A stretch of 37,581 nucleotides of DNA from Oscillospiraceae bacterium (GCA_017456045.1 JAFTKE010000147.1:1-37581); one strand, 5' to 3'. Positions 26,306-36,109 are shown, numbered from the stretch's first letter. A program made the numbers and translations. Notes: generated by a model from the letters alone, not told the origin.

Positions 26306-29026
26306 ATGGCTCAAACAGATCGAACCTCTCGGGCGCAAAAAGCTGCATCTGCTGGCAGCCGTACTTCTTCCGGAAATAAGAAGCTTCCGGCGAAGTCTTC
26401 TGACAAGAAGGGTCTGAGCGATCCTACGCCGATCCCTGTACGACTGATCAGCTCCTGCGTCTGTATCGTCCTGTTCATTTTATTCCTTGTCATGCTGTTC
26501 AACCCTGGCGGCGCATTGATCCGCTTGATCTATGGCTTCGTTTTGGGCTTCATCGGACAAGCCGCGTTCTATGTACTGATCCCGGCTTTATTGTACTTAT
26601 TCTCGATCCATGCCTTCAGTGGTGGACGCCCGATCAAGATGCGTACCGTTTGCCTTCTGAGCTTCGTCCTTTGCATCGGATGCATTTACAGCGTCGGCGT
26701 CGATTATGACAAACTCTTCGCCCAAACAAATGGAGGTCTGTTCCAGACCATCGGCGCGCTTTATAACGGTGGCGTCACGGGGGAGACCGGCGGTATCATT
26801 TGCAGTCTCGTTGCAATGCTGGTTAAGTGGCTTTGCTACCCCTTCCTCTCCTACGTGATCTTCATCGTGGGTGCGATCATGACCTTGCTCGCAGCCATGC
26901 AGATCACCATCCCCAGCTTGATCCGTGCCTTTGAGAATCGCCCAAGGGCAGAATGGGAGAGCGACGAGGCTTTGGATGAAAGGCCGGAACCTGCTTCGAT
27001 CGTGGTCAACCGCATCGCAACGAAGCGCATCGAGATGATCGAGAACCGTCGCCGTACCAAAACGGAGCGTATCAATATCGATATGCCTTTGGATGGTGAG
27101 GTTCGGGAAAAACCGCTCAGTCCCAAGACTAAGGATATGATCGCTCAGATCGATGAGATCGACGGCCCTGTTTCTGCCGCAGAATCTCCGGTGGTGGATC
27201 ATGATGACACGGTCTTCAGCGCCTCTCCGATCGTGGAGCCCAAGAAGCCCCGCCGTGAGAAGAAGACAGTCCAGCAGCCTCTGGAAGTTGAGGTGATCCC
27301 CGAAAACGTCACTGGGATGCCCCTTCTGGAGCTGGAAGAGGAGGAGCAGGCGGAGCCGGAAGGGCCGATTCCGACCCCCGAGCAGATCAAGGAAACGGCT
27401 CCGGTCAAGGTCACAGCAAAGGAAGCCGCATTTTCTGCAGCGCAGGTGGCAGCGGAGATCGCCCAGAATTCCGCGTCTGAAAAGCCTATCTACTGCTTCC
27501 CGCCCATCGACCTGTTGAAGCCGTCGGGCAAGGGAGCTTCGGATGGGACAGCCGAAATGCGTGAGAATACACGGCGTCTCAACGAGACGCTGGCCAGCTT
27601 CAAGATCGAGGCCCATATCATCAATGTGACCCGAGGCCCCAGTGTCACCCGTTACGAGGTGGAGTTGGAAAAGGGCGTACGACTGAACAAACTGACCACT
27701 GTTGCTGATGACATCGCATTGAGCCTGGGCGCTTCCGGCGTCCGTATCGCTGCCGTCCCCGGAAAGATCTCTGTTGTCGGCATCGAGGTCCCGAACCGTG
27801 CGGTGACGATGGTCTCCCTCCGAGAAGTTATCGATTCCCCCGAATTCAATAAAGCTAAGTCCAAATCTAGCTTCGCTGTGGGTAAGGACATCGGCGGAAG
27901 CTGCATCGTCGGCAACATCGCAAAACTTCCTCATATGTTGATCGCCGGTACCACCGGTTCCGGTAAGTCTGTTTGCATGAACTCGATCATCATCAGTCTT
28001 CTGTACAAAGCAAGTCCCGATGATGTGAAGCTGATCATGGTCGATCCTAAAATGGTGGAGCTTGGTATCTACAATGGGATCCCCCATCTGCTGATCCCTG
28101 TAGTAACAGACCCCAAGAAGGCAGCCGGCAGCCTCCAATGGGCGGTGACTGAGATGATGCGTCGCTATAAGGCCATGTCCGATGCCGGTGTCCGAGATCT
28201 GGAATCTTATAATTCCATCGTGGAATCCGAGGAAGAGGGGACTAAGCTTCCCCAGGTGGTAGTCATCATCGACGAGCTGGCTGATCTGATGCTAGTGGCG
28301 GCCAAGGAAGTGGAGGAATCCATTTGCCGCATCGCACAGATGGGCCGTGCGGCTGGTATCCACCTGATCATCGCCACCCAGCGTCCTTCTGCTGATGTCA
28401 TCACCGGTTTGATGAAGGCCAATATCCCTTCTCGTATCGCTTTCTCTGTGGCATCCGCCATGGAATCCCGCATCATCCTGGATACCCAGGGTGCTGAAAA
28501 GCTGGTGGGCAGGGGAGATATGCTATTCGCCCCGATCGGAAGCGGGAAACCCCTGCGTGTCCAGGGTTGTTTCGTCAGCGATCCCGAGGTGGAAGCGGTA
28601 GCCAGCTACGTGAAAGAGAACTACATCACATCCTACGATCAGACTGTCATGGAAGAGATCGAGCGAAAAGCCGTACAGACTGGCAATCGTTCTTCTGCCG
28701 CCGATCCCGAGCCCAACGCAGAGGAACTGGATGGGGACGAGATGCTCCCCGCTGCGGTGGACGTGATCCTGGAAACAGGACAGGCCTCCGTTTCCATGCT
28801 CCAGCGCAGATTGAAGCTGGGCTATGCCCGTGCTGCCAGGATCGTGGATGAGATGGAAGAGAAGGGGATCGTCGGCCCCTTCCAGGGAAGCAAGCCTCGT
28901 GCCATCCTGATCACCAAGGAACAGTGGGAAGCCCGGAAAAATGGTGATACCGCTTCTGAAACAGCGGAAGATCTGCCCTTTGAAGATCTGGACCTTGAAG
29001 ACTTCGACGACCGATCCACCAGATGA
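26306..29026 (+). CDS. ftsK: DNA translocase FtsK/SpoIIIE
   Basis: N-terminal TM domain, linker, PHMLIAGTTGSGKS, IIDELADLM, ATQRPS and gamma domain SMLQRRLKLGYARA. ATG at 26306. Confidence 0.98.
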   Translation: MAQTDRTSRAQKAASAGSRTSSGNKKLPAKSSDKKGLSDPTPIPVRLISSCVCIVLFILFLVMLFNPGGALIRLIYGFVLGFIGQAAFYVLIPALLYLFSIHAFSGGRPIKMRTVCLLSFVLCIGCIYSVGVDYDKLFAQTNGGLFQTIGALYNGGVTGETGGIICSLVAMLVKWLCYPFLSYVIFIVGAIMTLLAAMQITIPSLIRAFENRPRAEWESDEALDERPEPASIVVNRIATKRIEMIENRRRTKTERINIDMPLDGEVREKPLSPKTKDMIAQIDEIDGPVSAAESPVVDHDDTVFSASPIVEPKKPRREKKTVQQPLEVEVIPENVTGMPLLELEEEEQAEPEGPIPTPEQIKETAPVKVTAKEAAFSAAQVAAEIAQNSASEKPIYCFPPIDLLKPSGKGASDGTAEMRENTRRLNETLASFKIEAHIINVTRGPSVTRYEVELEKGVRLNKLTTVADDIALSLGASGVRIAAVPGKISVVGIEVPNRAVTMVSLREVIDSPEFNKAKSKSSFAVGKDIGGSCIVGNIAKLPHMLIAGTTGSGKSVCMNSIIISLLYKASPDDVKLIMVDPKMVELGIYNGIPHLLIPVVTDPKKAAGSLQWAVTEMMRRYKAMSDAGVRDLESYNSIVESEEEGTKLPQVVVIIDELADLMLVAAKEVEESICRIAQMGRAAGIHLIIATQRPSADVITGLMKANIPSRIAFSVASAMESRIILDTQGAEKLVGRGDMLFAPIGSGKPLRVQGCFVSDPEVEAVASYVKENYITSYDQTVMEEIERKAVQTGNRSSAADPEPNAEELDGDEMLPAAVDVILETGQASVSMLQRRLKLGYARAARIVDEMEEKGIVGPFQGSKPRAILITKEQWEARKNGDTASETAEDLPFEDLDLEDFDDRSTR

Positions 29027-29030
29027 ACAT

Positions 29031-29069
29031 AAAAAAGATCGCCTCACTCAATGATGAGGCGATTTTTTT
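29031..29069. terminator. Bidirectional terminator between ftsK and coaBC
   Basis: AAAAAAG-ATCGCCTCA-loop-TGAGGCGAT-TTTTTT between convergent stop codons. Confidence 0.88.
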
Positions 29070-29070
29070 A

Positions 29071-30264
29071 TCATCCAAGAAGCGAAATGGCCCGGTCTAG
29101 GATCGCGTTTGCCACATCCTCCTTCGACAGCAAGGGCAACTGGTCAACGGATTCTTTGGTGATCAACGTGATGATGTTGGTATCCACGCCGAACCCAGCG
29201 CCATCCTGCTTCAAGTTGTTGGCGCAGATCATGTCCACACCCTTTTTCTCAAGCTTCGTCTGACTATTGCGAACCATGTCCTGGGTCTCCATCGAGAAGC
29301 CGCAGATCACTTGTCCGCTTTGGCGATGGTCTCCAAGATATTTGAGTATATCCTGTGTACGTTCCAGCGGGATCGAAAGCTCACCATCGGATTTTTTCAT
29401 TTTCTCATCAGAGTATCCAGCAGGTGTATAATCCGCCACAGCCGCTGCTTTGAAGATCATATCCGAGTCGATAGCGTGCCGGACGACCTGTTCATACATC
29501 TCCCTGGCACAGACCACCGGCACAACATCCACGAACAGGGGAGGAGCGATGGAAGTAGGACCGCTGATCAGAGTCACATCTGCCCCACGCAGCATCGCCA
29601 TCTTTGCGATGGCATAGCCCATCTTCCCAGTGGAATGGTTGGTCAGATAGCGGACCGGATCCAGTGCTTCCTGGGTCGGACCGGCGGTGACCAGGATCTT
29701 TTTTCCTGCCAGATCATGGGGGAAAGCGATATGATGGAGGATATGCTGGATCAGCTGCTCCGGCTCCGGCATCTTTCCTTTTCCCACCGCTCCACAAGCC
29801 AAACGGCCGCTGGTGGGTTCGATCACTTCCCATCCGTAGTTACGAAGGATCTCGAGATTGTCCTGGGTCACAGGGTTCTCATACATATTTGTATTCATGG
29901 CCGGGGCGATCAGCTTGGGACACTTACAAGCCAATACAGTGGTGGTCAACATATCGTCTGCCAGACCATGGGCCAGCTTCGCACAAACATTGGCGGTAGC
30001 CGGAGCGATCAAAACCAGATCGGTCCGTGTGGCCAGTGAGATATGCTCTACCTGATGGGAGAAATTCCGATCGAACGTATCCACCATCGTACGCCGTCCT
30101 GTGAGCTGTTCGAAGGTCAACGGTGTGATGAATCTCGTGGCATTGGCCGTCATGACCACCTCTACAGCGGCGTGGAGCTTGACGAGAGCCGATGCCAATG
30201 CTGCCGCCTTGTATGCGGCGATGCCACCAGTGACTCCGAGAAGGATCGTTTTTCCTTTCAGCAT
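29071..30264 (-). CDS. coaBC: Bifunctional phosphopantothenoylcysteine decarboxylase / phosphopantothenate-cysteine ligase
   Basis: Motifs GVTGGIAAYK, APATAN, PAMNTNM, GRLACG, TAGPTQE..DPVRY and AAAVADY. ATG at 30264 follows AGGAGG. Confidence 0.97.
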   Translation of the reverse strand: MLKGKTILLGVTGGIAAYKAAALASALVKLHAAVEVVMTANATRFITPLTFEQLTGRRTMVDTFDRNFSHQVEHISLATRTDLVLIAPATANVCAKLAHGLADDMLTTTVLACKCPKLIAPAMNTNMYENPVTQDNLEILRNYGWEVIEPTSGRLACGAVGKGKMPEPEQLIQHILHHIAFPHDLAGKKILVTAGPTQEALDPVRYLTNHSTGKMGYAIAKMAMLRGADVTLISGPTSIAPPLFVDVVPVVCAREMYEQVVRHAIDSDMIFKAAAVADYTPAGYSDEKMKKSDGELSIPLERTQDILKYLGDHRQSGQVICGFSMETQDMVRNSQTKLEKKGVDMICANNLKQDGAGFGVDTNIITLITKESVDQLPLLSKEDVANAILDRAISLLG

Positions 30265-30292
30265 TGTCTTACCTCCTGGATCGTTTGCCCCT

Positions 30293-30321
30293 ATTATAGC
30301 CTTGATTCCCACCGGTGTAAA
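30293..30321 (-). promoter_or_regulatory. SigmaA promoter of coaBC
   Basis: Minus strand: TTTACA (30321-30316), 17-bp spacer, TATAAT (30298-30293). Confidence 0.75.
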
Positions 30322-30334
30322 GAGGAGGTTTTTC

Positions 30335-30363
30335 TTGATTTCTCCCCACATCCGTGATATGAT
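30335..30363 (+). promoter_or_regulatory. SigmaA promoter of panT-coaX
   Basis: TTGATT, 17-bp spacer, TATGAT, with extended TG. Confidence 0.7.
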
Positions 30364-30369
30364 CGTTTC

Positions 30370-30419
30370 GCGACCATCGGTGTCGCATATCAGCGCTGTA
30401 TCCTGTGAGCAGGAACGGC
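30370..30419 (+). promoter_or_regulatory. Structured 5' leader with two hairpins, a candidate pan-like RNA element
   Basis: Hairpin GCGAC..GTCGC (30370-30386), then hairpin GCTGT-A-TCCTG-TGAG-CAGGA-ACGGC (30395-30419) with a bulged A, ending just before the RBS AGGAGG. Confidence 0.4.
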
Positions 30420-30437
30420 AGCAGGAGGAAATCGAAT

Positions 30438-31046
30438 ATGAGGAAGAAAAACATCGCGACCCGCGATATGGTGACACTGGCTATGCTGTGCGCCATTTTG
30501 CTGGTCCTGTCCTTTACGCCACTGGGTTATCTGACCATCGGTCCGCTGGCTATATCCCTGAATATGATCCCGGTGGGGATCGGTGCGATCGTTCTGGGTC
30601 CAATGGGGGGTGCATTCTTGGGAGCCGTATTCGGCATCACCAGTTTCCTGCAGTGCATCGGAGTAGGAGGGACCAGTCCGATGGGAGTGATATTGTTCGA
30701 GATCAGTCCCATCCTGGCATTCCTGCAACGGTTCATCCCCAGAGTATTGGCAGGGCTTTTGGCAGGGTATATCTATAAGGGGACCAAACGCCTTATAAAC
30801 GCCACCATTGCCAGTTTCGTTACCGGCTTTTTTGCAGCGCTTTTGAATACCGTGCTGTTCATGCTGGCATTAGTCCTGTTCTTTGGAAACACAGAGTATC
30901 TTCAGAGCCTGATCGGCGGTCAAAACGTGATCTTGTTCATTTGCGCGTTCGTCGGCATCAATGCCGTAGTGGAGATGATCGCTGCAACGCTCATCGTTGG
31001 TCCCATCGGCAACGTCCTCAATAAACTCGTTCTTTCAAGGAGATGA
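30438..31046 (+). CDS. panT: ECF transporter S component, probably pantothenate-specific (PanT)
   Basis: Motifs TPLGY, IPVGIGAIVLGP and FGITS; about 6 TM segments; flanked by coaBC and coaX. ATG at 30438. Confidence 0.85.
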   Translation: MRKKNIATRDMVTLAMLCAILLVLSFTPLGYLTIGPLAISLNMIPVGIGAIVLGPMGGAFLGAVFGITSFLQCIGVGGTSPMGVILFEISPILAFLQRFIPRVLAGLLAGYIYKGTKRLINATIASFVTGFFAALLNTVLFMLALVLFFGNTEYLQSLIGGQNVILFICAFVGINAVVEMIAATLIVGPIGNVLNKLVLSRR

Positions 31047-31819
31047 CGCAGATGCTTCTTGCCATCGATATCGGAAATACGAACATCGTCATCGGCTGCA
31101 TCCGTGACGATCGGATCGTTTTCAAAGCTCGCATCGCCACAGACCAGACCCGCACCTCGGATCAGTACGGCGTGGAGATCAAGAATATGTTGGAGGCCTT
31201 CGACATCCATCGGTCTGATATCTCGGACTGTATCATCTCGTCAGTCGTCCCGCCCGTGTTCCATTCTGTCCGCACCGGTGTCATCAAGGTGATCGGTAAG
31301 CAACCTATGGTGGTGGGGCCTGGCTTGAAGACGGGACTGAATATCCATATGGATGTACCATCACAGGTGGGCAGCGACCGGATCGTGATCGCTGTCGCGG
31401 CACTGGCAGAGTATGATGCCCCCTTGATCCTGATGGATATGGGTACCGCCACCACCATCGAAGTGGTGGAGCCTGATAATATCTACATGGGAGGCGTCAT
31501 CTTCCCGGGCGTGAAATTGTCTTTGGATGCCCTGACCAATCGAGCCGCACAGCTTCCTGGCATCAGTTTGGATAGACCGAAGCAAGTGATCGGTAAGAAC
31601 ACTGTTGATTGTATGCGAAGTGGTATGATGTACGGGACCGCTGCCATGATCGATGGCATCGTGGACCGCATCGAAGAGGAGCTGGGGCATCCTTCCACCT
31701 TAGTTGCCACTGGCGGCATGGCGCAATTCATCACGCCTCTTTGCAAAAGGAAGATCATCCTGGAGAAGGACCTTCTTTTGAAGGGTCTGAATATCATCTA
31801 CAAAAAGAATAAACGTTGA
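31043..31819 (+). CDS. coaX: Type III pantothenate kinase
   Basis: Motifs IDIGNTN, SSVVP, VGSDR, DMGTATT, GGVIFPG and ATGG. Confidence 0.97.
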   Translation: MTQMLLAIDIGNTNIVIGCIRDDRIVFKARIATDQTRTSDQYGVEIKNMLEAFDIHRSDISDCIISSVVPPVFHSVRTGVIKVIGKQPMVVGPGLKTGLNIHMDVPSQVGSDRIVIAVAALAEYDAPLILMDMGTATTIEVVEPDNIYMGGVIFPGVKLSLDALTNRAAQLPGISLDRPKQVIGKNTVDCMRSGMMYGTAAMIDGIVDRIEEELGHPSTLVATGGMAQFITPLCKRKIILEKDLLLKGLNIIYKKNKR

Positions 31820-31833
31820 TAGGTGGATGTGTC

Positions 31834-32577
31834 ATGAGAGGTATCCTATATTTCAGTGCAACAGGGAACAGTCTCTACATTGCCCAGCGACTTCGTGGAC
31901 GATCAGGTGGAGATATCCGCCATATCCCTTCTTACGATGGCACTGGTGAGGAGTTCGATGAGATCATCATCGTGTCTCCTGTCTATTCTTTTGGGCTTCC
32001 TGTCCATGTTTATGACCTGATCCCTAGGCTGACGAAACAGCGTCCGGTATGGATCGTCTTGAACTACGGTGGGATGCTTGGTGGGGCGGATGGATTCACC
32101 TATCGTCACTGCAAGGCGCATGAAGTGGATATCAGAGGCGTTTATTCCGTTAAAATGCCGGAAAACTACACACTCGTATTCTCTGTCCCTAAATTCTATG
32201 AAAGAGCCACTTTGAAAGCCGCACCAAAGGCCATAGACAAGATCGCTTCCAAGATCGAAGCTGGCATTGCATGTACGCCCGATCTCAAGAAATCCTCTGG
32301 AACGGCCTATATGAAAAACCGTCCGACATGGCATCTGATCGTTAATGACTTTTCTGTCAGTACCGACTGTGTCCGATGCGGTAAGTGCGTCAAGCTTTGC
32401 CCAATGAATAATATCTCTATCCTTGATGGCGCATTGGTGTTCTCAGACCGTTGTGTCATTTGCCTGGGGTGTTATCACCGATGCCCCCAAAAAGCGATCC
32501 GCTATAAAAATAAGAAAAAGTCCGACCGCTATCTGAACCCGGACATCCAGGAGTCGGATATCGGCAAAGACCTGTGA
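31834..32577 (+). CDS. EFR1-family flavodoxin-ferredoxin fusion protein
   Basis: Motifs YFSATGNS and MPENY, plus two CxxCxxCxxxCP motifs. Confidence 0.9.
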   Translation: MRGILYFSATGNSLYIAQRLRGRSGGDIRHIPSYDGTGEEFDEIIIVSPVYSFGLPVHVYDLIPRLTKQRPVWIVLNYGGMLGGADGFTYRHCKAHEVDIRGVYSVKMPENYTLVFSVPKFYERATLKAAPKAIDKIASKIEAGIACTPDLKKSSGTAYMKNRPTWHLIVNDFSVSTDCVRCGKCVKLCPMNNISILDGALVFSDRCVICLGCYHRCPQKAIRYKNKKKSDRYLNPDIQESDIGKDL

Positions 32578-32588
32578 CATCCATACCT

Positions 32589-32620
32589 AAAGCAGCTACC
32601 ATCCTTGGTGGCTGCTTTTT
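32589..32620 (+). terminator. Rho-independent terminator
   Basis: AAAGCAGCTACCA-TCCT-TGGTGGCTGCTTTTT. Confidence 0.85.
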
Positions 32621-32621
32621 G

Positions 32622-32649
32622 GCATATCTCATATTCGTGCGCATAGTCT
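32622..32649 (+). promoter_or_regulatory. SigmaE-type promoter of spoIIIA
   Basis: GCATAT, 14-bp spacer, CATAGTCT, matching the mother-cell sigmaE consensus (ATA..14..CATAcanT). Confidence 0.65.
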
Positions 32650-32667
32650 AGCCTAGGAGTGATGCAA

Positions 32668-33495
32668 ATGAGATGTGCATGGAAAGAGCTGCTATCGATC
32701 CTGCCAGATTGGATGCGCGCTGACGTGGACGAGCTGGGGAAAGACAGCCTCCAGGAGCTGCGGCTTCGGATCGGCCATCCACCGGAGCTGGTACGAATGG
32801 GCAACGATAAACTGTTGCGCCGTGATGTCCGGGAGGAAGATCTGAACTACATCGTGAATGTAGCGTCGCGGTATTCACCATGGGCAGCGGCTACATCGGC
32901 GCAGGGTTATTTGACAGCACCGGGAGGACACCGGATCGGTCTATGCGGAGAAGCAGTGATACAGCGATGTGCCATGACCGGTCTGAGGCAGGTCCGTTCC
33001 TTATGTATCCGAGTAGCACGGGATCTGCCCGGGATAGCTCATGCCTTAGACCATTTGGATGGATCTATCCTGATCATCGGAAGACCGGGAAGTGGAAAAA
33101 CAACACTATTACGTGATCTGATCCGATATCGTTCCCTTAAAGGATCCGTAGCCGTGGTGGACGAGCGGGGAGAGATCTTTCCCAAAGGATTCGATATTGG
33201 CAACAGAACAGATATCCTGACAGGATGTCCTAAATCCTATGGCATCGATATATTGCTACGCACCATGGGACCGACCACGATCGCCGTTGATGAGATCACG
33301 GCTGAAACAGACTGCGAGGCGATGATCAAGGCAGGTTGGTGCGGTGTCGGGCTCCTGGCGACGGCCCACGCCGCTTCCAGAGAAGATCTTGCGTCTCGTC
33401 CGGTCTACCGGCCTTTGGTCGAAAGCCGGTTATTCGATTCGATCGTGATATTACGCCCGGACAAGTCCTGGAAACTGGAAAGGATGGACCTATGA
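32668..33495 (+). CDS. spoIIIAA: Stage III sporulation ATPase SpoIIIAA
   Basis: Motifs GYLTAPGGHRIG, GRPGSGKTTLLRD, VDERGE, VDEI and ATAH. Start lies between 32659 and 32668. Confidence 0.95.
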   Translation: MRCAWKELLSILPDWMRADVDELGKDSLQELRLRIGHPPELVRMGNDKLLRRDVREEDLNYIVNVASRYSPWAAATSAQGYLTAPGGHRIGLCGEAVIQRCAMTGLRQVRSLCIRVARDLPGIAHALDHLDGSILIIGRPGSGKTTLLRDLIRYRSLKGSVAVVDERGEIFPKGFDIGNRTDILTGCPKSYGIDILLRTMGPTTIAVDEITAETDCEAMIKAGWCGVGLLATAHAASREDLASRPVYRPLVESRLFDSIVILRPDKSWKLERMDL

Positions 33496-34004
33496 CCTTG
33501 AAATTGATCGGAGCGATCTTGATCATCGCAGCTTGTGGAGGAGTAGGTGCTACGATGGTAAGGAACCATAGAAGGGAGGAGCAGGGAGCGTGTCAATTGA
33601 TCCAGGCAGTCGAACTGATGAGTTGTGAATTGGAACAGCATCTGACACCTCTTCCGCAGCTGTGTCGTATGACTGCGGAAAACTGTTCTGGTATCATTGG
33701 ACGGGTACTTACGGATCTTTCTTTTGAGTTGGATGGACAAGTCGGACCAAGCGTAAGTTTGTGTATGGCAGAGGCCATCAGGAAGGATCCCAAATTGATG
33801 CCCACTACACGAGCCCTCTTAGAGCAGCTGGGCATGACTCTTGGACGATTCGATCTGAATGGTCAACTGAAAGGTCTGGATGGTGTGAAACGTTCATGTC
33901 AGATGCAACTGGAACGTTTTACGAAAGATAGGGACATTCGATTGAGAAGCTATCAGACACTGGGACTGTGCGCCGGTGTAGCGCTGGCGATCTTATTTTT
34001 GTGA
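33492..34004 (+). CDS. spoIIIAB: Stage III sporulation protein AB
   Basis: N-terminal LKLIGAILI, LGRFD..GQ and C-terminal LGLCAGVALAILFL; ATGA overlap with spoIIIAA. Confidence 0.9.
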   Translation: MTLKLIGAILIIAACGGVGATMVRNHRREEQGACQLIQAVELMSCELEQHLTPLPQLCRMTAENCSGIIGRVLTDLSFELDGQVGPSVSLCMAEAIRKDPKLMPTTRALLEQLGMTLGRFDLNGQLKGLDGVKRSCQMQLERFTKDRDIRLRSYQTLGLCAGVALAILFL

Positions 34005-34009
34005 ACGCT

Positions 34010-34204
34010 ATGGATATCGATCTCATATTCAAGATCGCCGCGATCGGCATCATCGTCTCCATACTGAACCAGGTACTCTCCAGATCCGGAAGGGAGGAAC
34101 AAGCGACTATGACGACATTGGCAGGATTGGTCGTTGTCCTGATGATGGTCGCCCAAAAGATCTCCGAGCTGTTCGATCTTGTAAAAAATCTGTTCGATTT
34201 CTGA
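34010..34204 (+). CDS. spoIIIAC: Stage III sporulation protein AC
   Basis: MDIDLIFKIAAIGIIVSILNQVL..SGREEQA; 64 aa. Confidence 0.95.
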   Translation: MDIDLIFKIAAIGIIVSILNQVLSRSGREEQATMTTLAGLVVVLMMVAQKISELFDLVKNLFDF

Positions 34205-34599
34205 TGGAAAGATTTTGGCAAGGAGCAGCCCTGGTCTTATTGACGGTCATCATTGGAGCAGCACTGGGAAAGCAGCGAGACGACATTGGGTCACTGCTCG
34301 TTTTGACAGTCTGCTGTATGATAGTGGGCATCGCGATCAGCTATATCACACCTGTTATCGGATTCATCCAACAGCTTCGAACACTTGCTCAGCTGGATGA
34401 TCAAATGCTGGAGATCCTGTTAAAGATCGTAGGGATCGGGATGGTGGGTGAGATCGCGTCTATGATCTGTGTCGATTCAGGCAATTCAGCACTTGGAAGA
34501 TCGCTTCAGTTGCTTAGTACTGCGGTGATCTTATGGATGTCACTACCGATGCTCCAAAAACTGCTGGATCTATTGCAGGATATCTTGGGGGAAGCATGA
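34204..34599 (+). CDS. spoIIIAD: Stage III sporulation protein AD
   Basis: Motif ILLKIVGIG..EIAS.IC.DSG; position in the operon. Confidence 0.92.
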   Translation: MERFWQGAALVLLTVIIGAALGKQRDDIGSLLVLTVCCMIVGIAISYITPVIGFIQQLRTLAQLDDQMLEILLKIVGIGMVGEIASMICVDSGNSALGRSLQLLSTAVILWMSLPMLQKLLDLLQDILGEA

Positions 34600-35636
34600 A
34601 ATCGATCATAATCTCCATCATCTTACTTATGACTATGGTGATCCCCGTCGATGCATACGCATCGACAGCACCGGAGGCGCCAGATCCCGCATTGGAATAT
34701 ATGCCCGTTGAGCAACATAGCTTTAGCGAGGACCTGTGGTATGTGATACGGTCCGCCCTGGAAGCGTTGGAACCAGAGATCTCAGGGTGTATGGCCAAAT
34801 GCCTTGCCGTGACTGCTGCAGTGATCATGGTATCTATCCTGGGGAATTTTCCTGGGACATCGGGTTTGGTGACGGAATTATCCGGAAGCGTGGTAGTGGG
34901 GATATTACTGCTGGATGGTTCCGGCGCTCTGATCGATGCAGCCGCCCAAACGATCCAGTCCATGAGTGATTACGGCAAGCTATTACTGCCTGCGATGGCA
35001 TCTGCCCTGGCTGCTCAAGGTGGTATCACCAGCTCTATCGCCCTTTATACCGGTACTGTCGTATTCGACGCAGTGTTATGCGGGCTGGTCTCCGGTGTGA
35101 TGATACCGATCGTTTACGTATTCTTAGCCCTTTCAGTTGGGAAATGCGCGCTGGGGGACGAGACGATCGGTCGATTGCAAAAACTATCCAAATGGTCCGT
35201 CACCTGGATCCTTAAGATCATTTTGTATGTATTCACTGGATATATGACTGTGACCGGAGTCGTCAGTGGCTCCACCGACCAGTCGGTCTTGAAAGCCACG
35301 AAGCTTACGATCTCCGGTGTGGTCCCAGTGGTGGGCGGGATCCTTTCTGATGCCTCAGAAGCGGTCCTGGTCAGTGCGGGGGCCGTGAAGAACACGATCG
35401 GCGTCTACGGGACGGTCGCCATGATCGCTATCGCTATTGGTCCATTCTTTTCGATCGCACTGCAATATCTGCTGCTTAAGGCCACATCCGCCATATGTGC
35501 GACCTTTGGCCTGAAGAGGACGACCTCTTTGATCGAGGATATCCATGATGCCATGGGTCTTTTGCTTGCGATGACCGGAGCCGTTTGCTTCATGCTATTG
35601 ATCAGCACGGTGTGTTTTATGAAAGGAGTGGCGTGA
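34596..35636 (+). CDS. spoIIIAE: Stage III sporulation protein AE
   Basis: Polytopic membrane protein with VPVVGGILSDA...VKNTIG. ATG at 34596. Confidence 0.92.
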   Translation: MKSIIISIILLMTMVIPVDAYASTAPEAPDPALEYMPVEQHSFSEDLWYVIRSALEALEPEISGCMAKCLAVTAAVIMVSILGNFPGTSGLVTELSGSVVVGILLLDGSGALIDAAAQTIQSMSDYGKLLLPAMASALAAQGGITSSIALYTGTVVFDAVLCGLVSGVMIPIVYVFLALSVGKCALGDETIGRLQKLSKWSVTWILKIILYVFTGYMTVTGVVSGSTDQSVLKATKLTISGVVPVVGGILSDASEAVLVSAGAVKNTIGVYGTVAMIAIAIGPFFSIALQYLLLKATSAICATFGLKRTTSLIEDIHDAMGLLLAMTGAVCFMLLISTVCFMKGVA

Positions 35637-36109
35637 TGGATGCGGTCCGAGGCTATATCCTCACCATCGCCATCGCCGCGATCATCTGCGGGATCTTGAC
35701 GAAACTGGTGGGAGAAAAGGGGACGGGTGGAACTGTGGTCAAGATGATAAGCGGCCTGTTTTTGATGTTCACGCTGATCCGTCCTCTGGAAGATATCGGA
35801 GCCTTTGGACCGTCTTCACTTACTGACGGGTTATCTCAGGAAGCCAGCAGTATCGCTGCAGAAGGCGCACAACGAACGAGAGAAGCCTTACATGATAGCA
35901 TAAAGCAGCGATGTGAAGCATATATCTTGGACAAAGCCGATTCTCTGGATGCTTCCATTACCGTGGAGGTCTTTTTGTCAGAGGACGATATACCGATCCC
36001 TCAAAGCGTCGTGGTGAAGGGACGACTGTCTCCCTTCGCAAAAAACGAACTGGCCAGGACCATCGAAGATGATCTTGGCATCCCGAAGGAGGATCAAACA
36101 TGGATCTGA
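35636..36109 (+). CDS. spoIIIAF: Stage III sporulation protein AF
   Basis: Two N-terminal TM segments (VKMISGLFLMFTLIRP); position between AE and AG. Confidence 0.82.
   Translation: MDAVRGYILTIAIAAIICGILTKLVGEKGTGGTVVKMISGLFLMFTLIRPLEDIGAFGPSSLTDGLSQEASSIAAEGAQRTREALHDSIKQRCEAYILDKADSLDASITVEVFLSEDDIPIPQSVVVKGRLSPFAKNELARTIEDDLGIPKEDQTWI
35898..35926 (+). promoter_or_regulatory. Internal sigmaE promoter (P2-like) for spoIIIAG-AH
   Basis: GCATAAA, 14-bp spacer, CATATATC, inside spoIIIAF. Confidence 0.5.

Noticed and set aside
26597-28138. 513-aa minus-strand ORF and similar long antisense ORFs opposite dxs, tig, clpPX and lon
   Set aside because: Antisense shadows of codon-biased genes, with no motifs or RBS.
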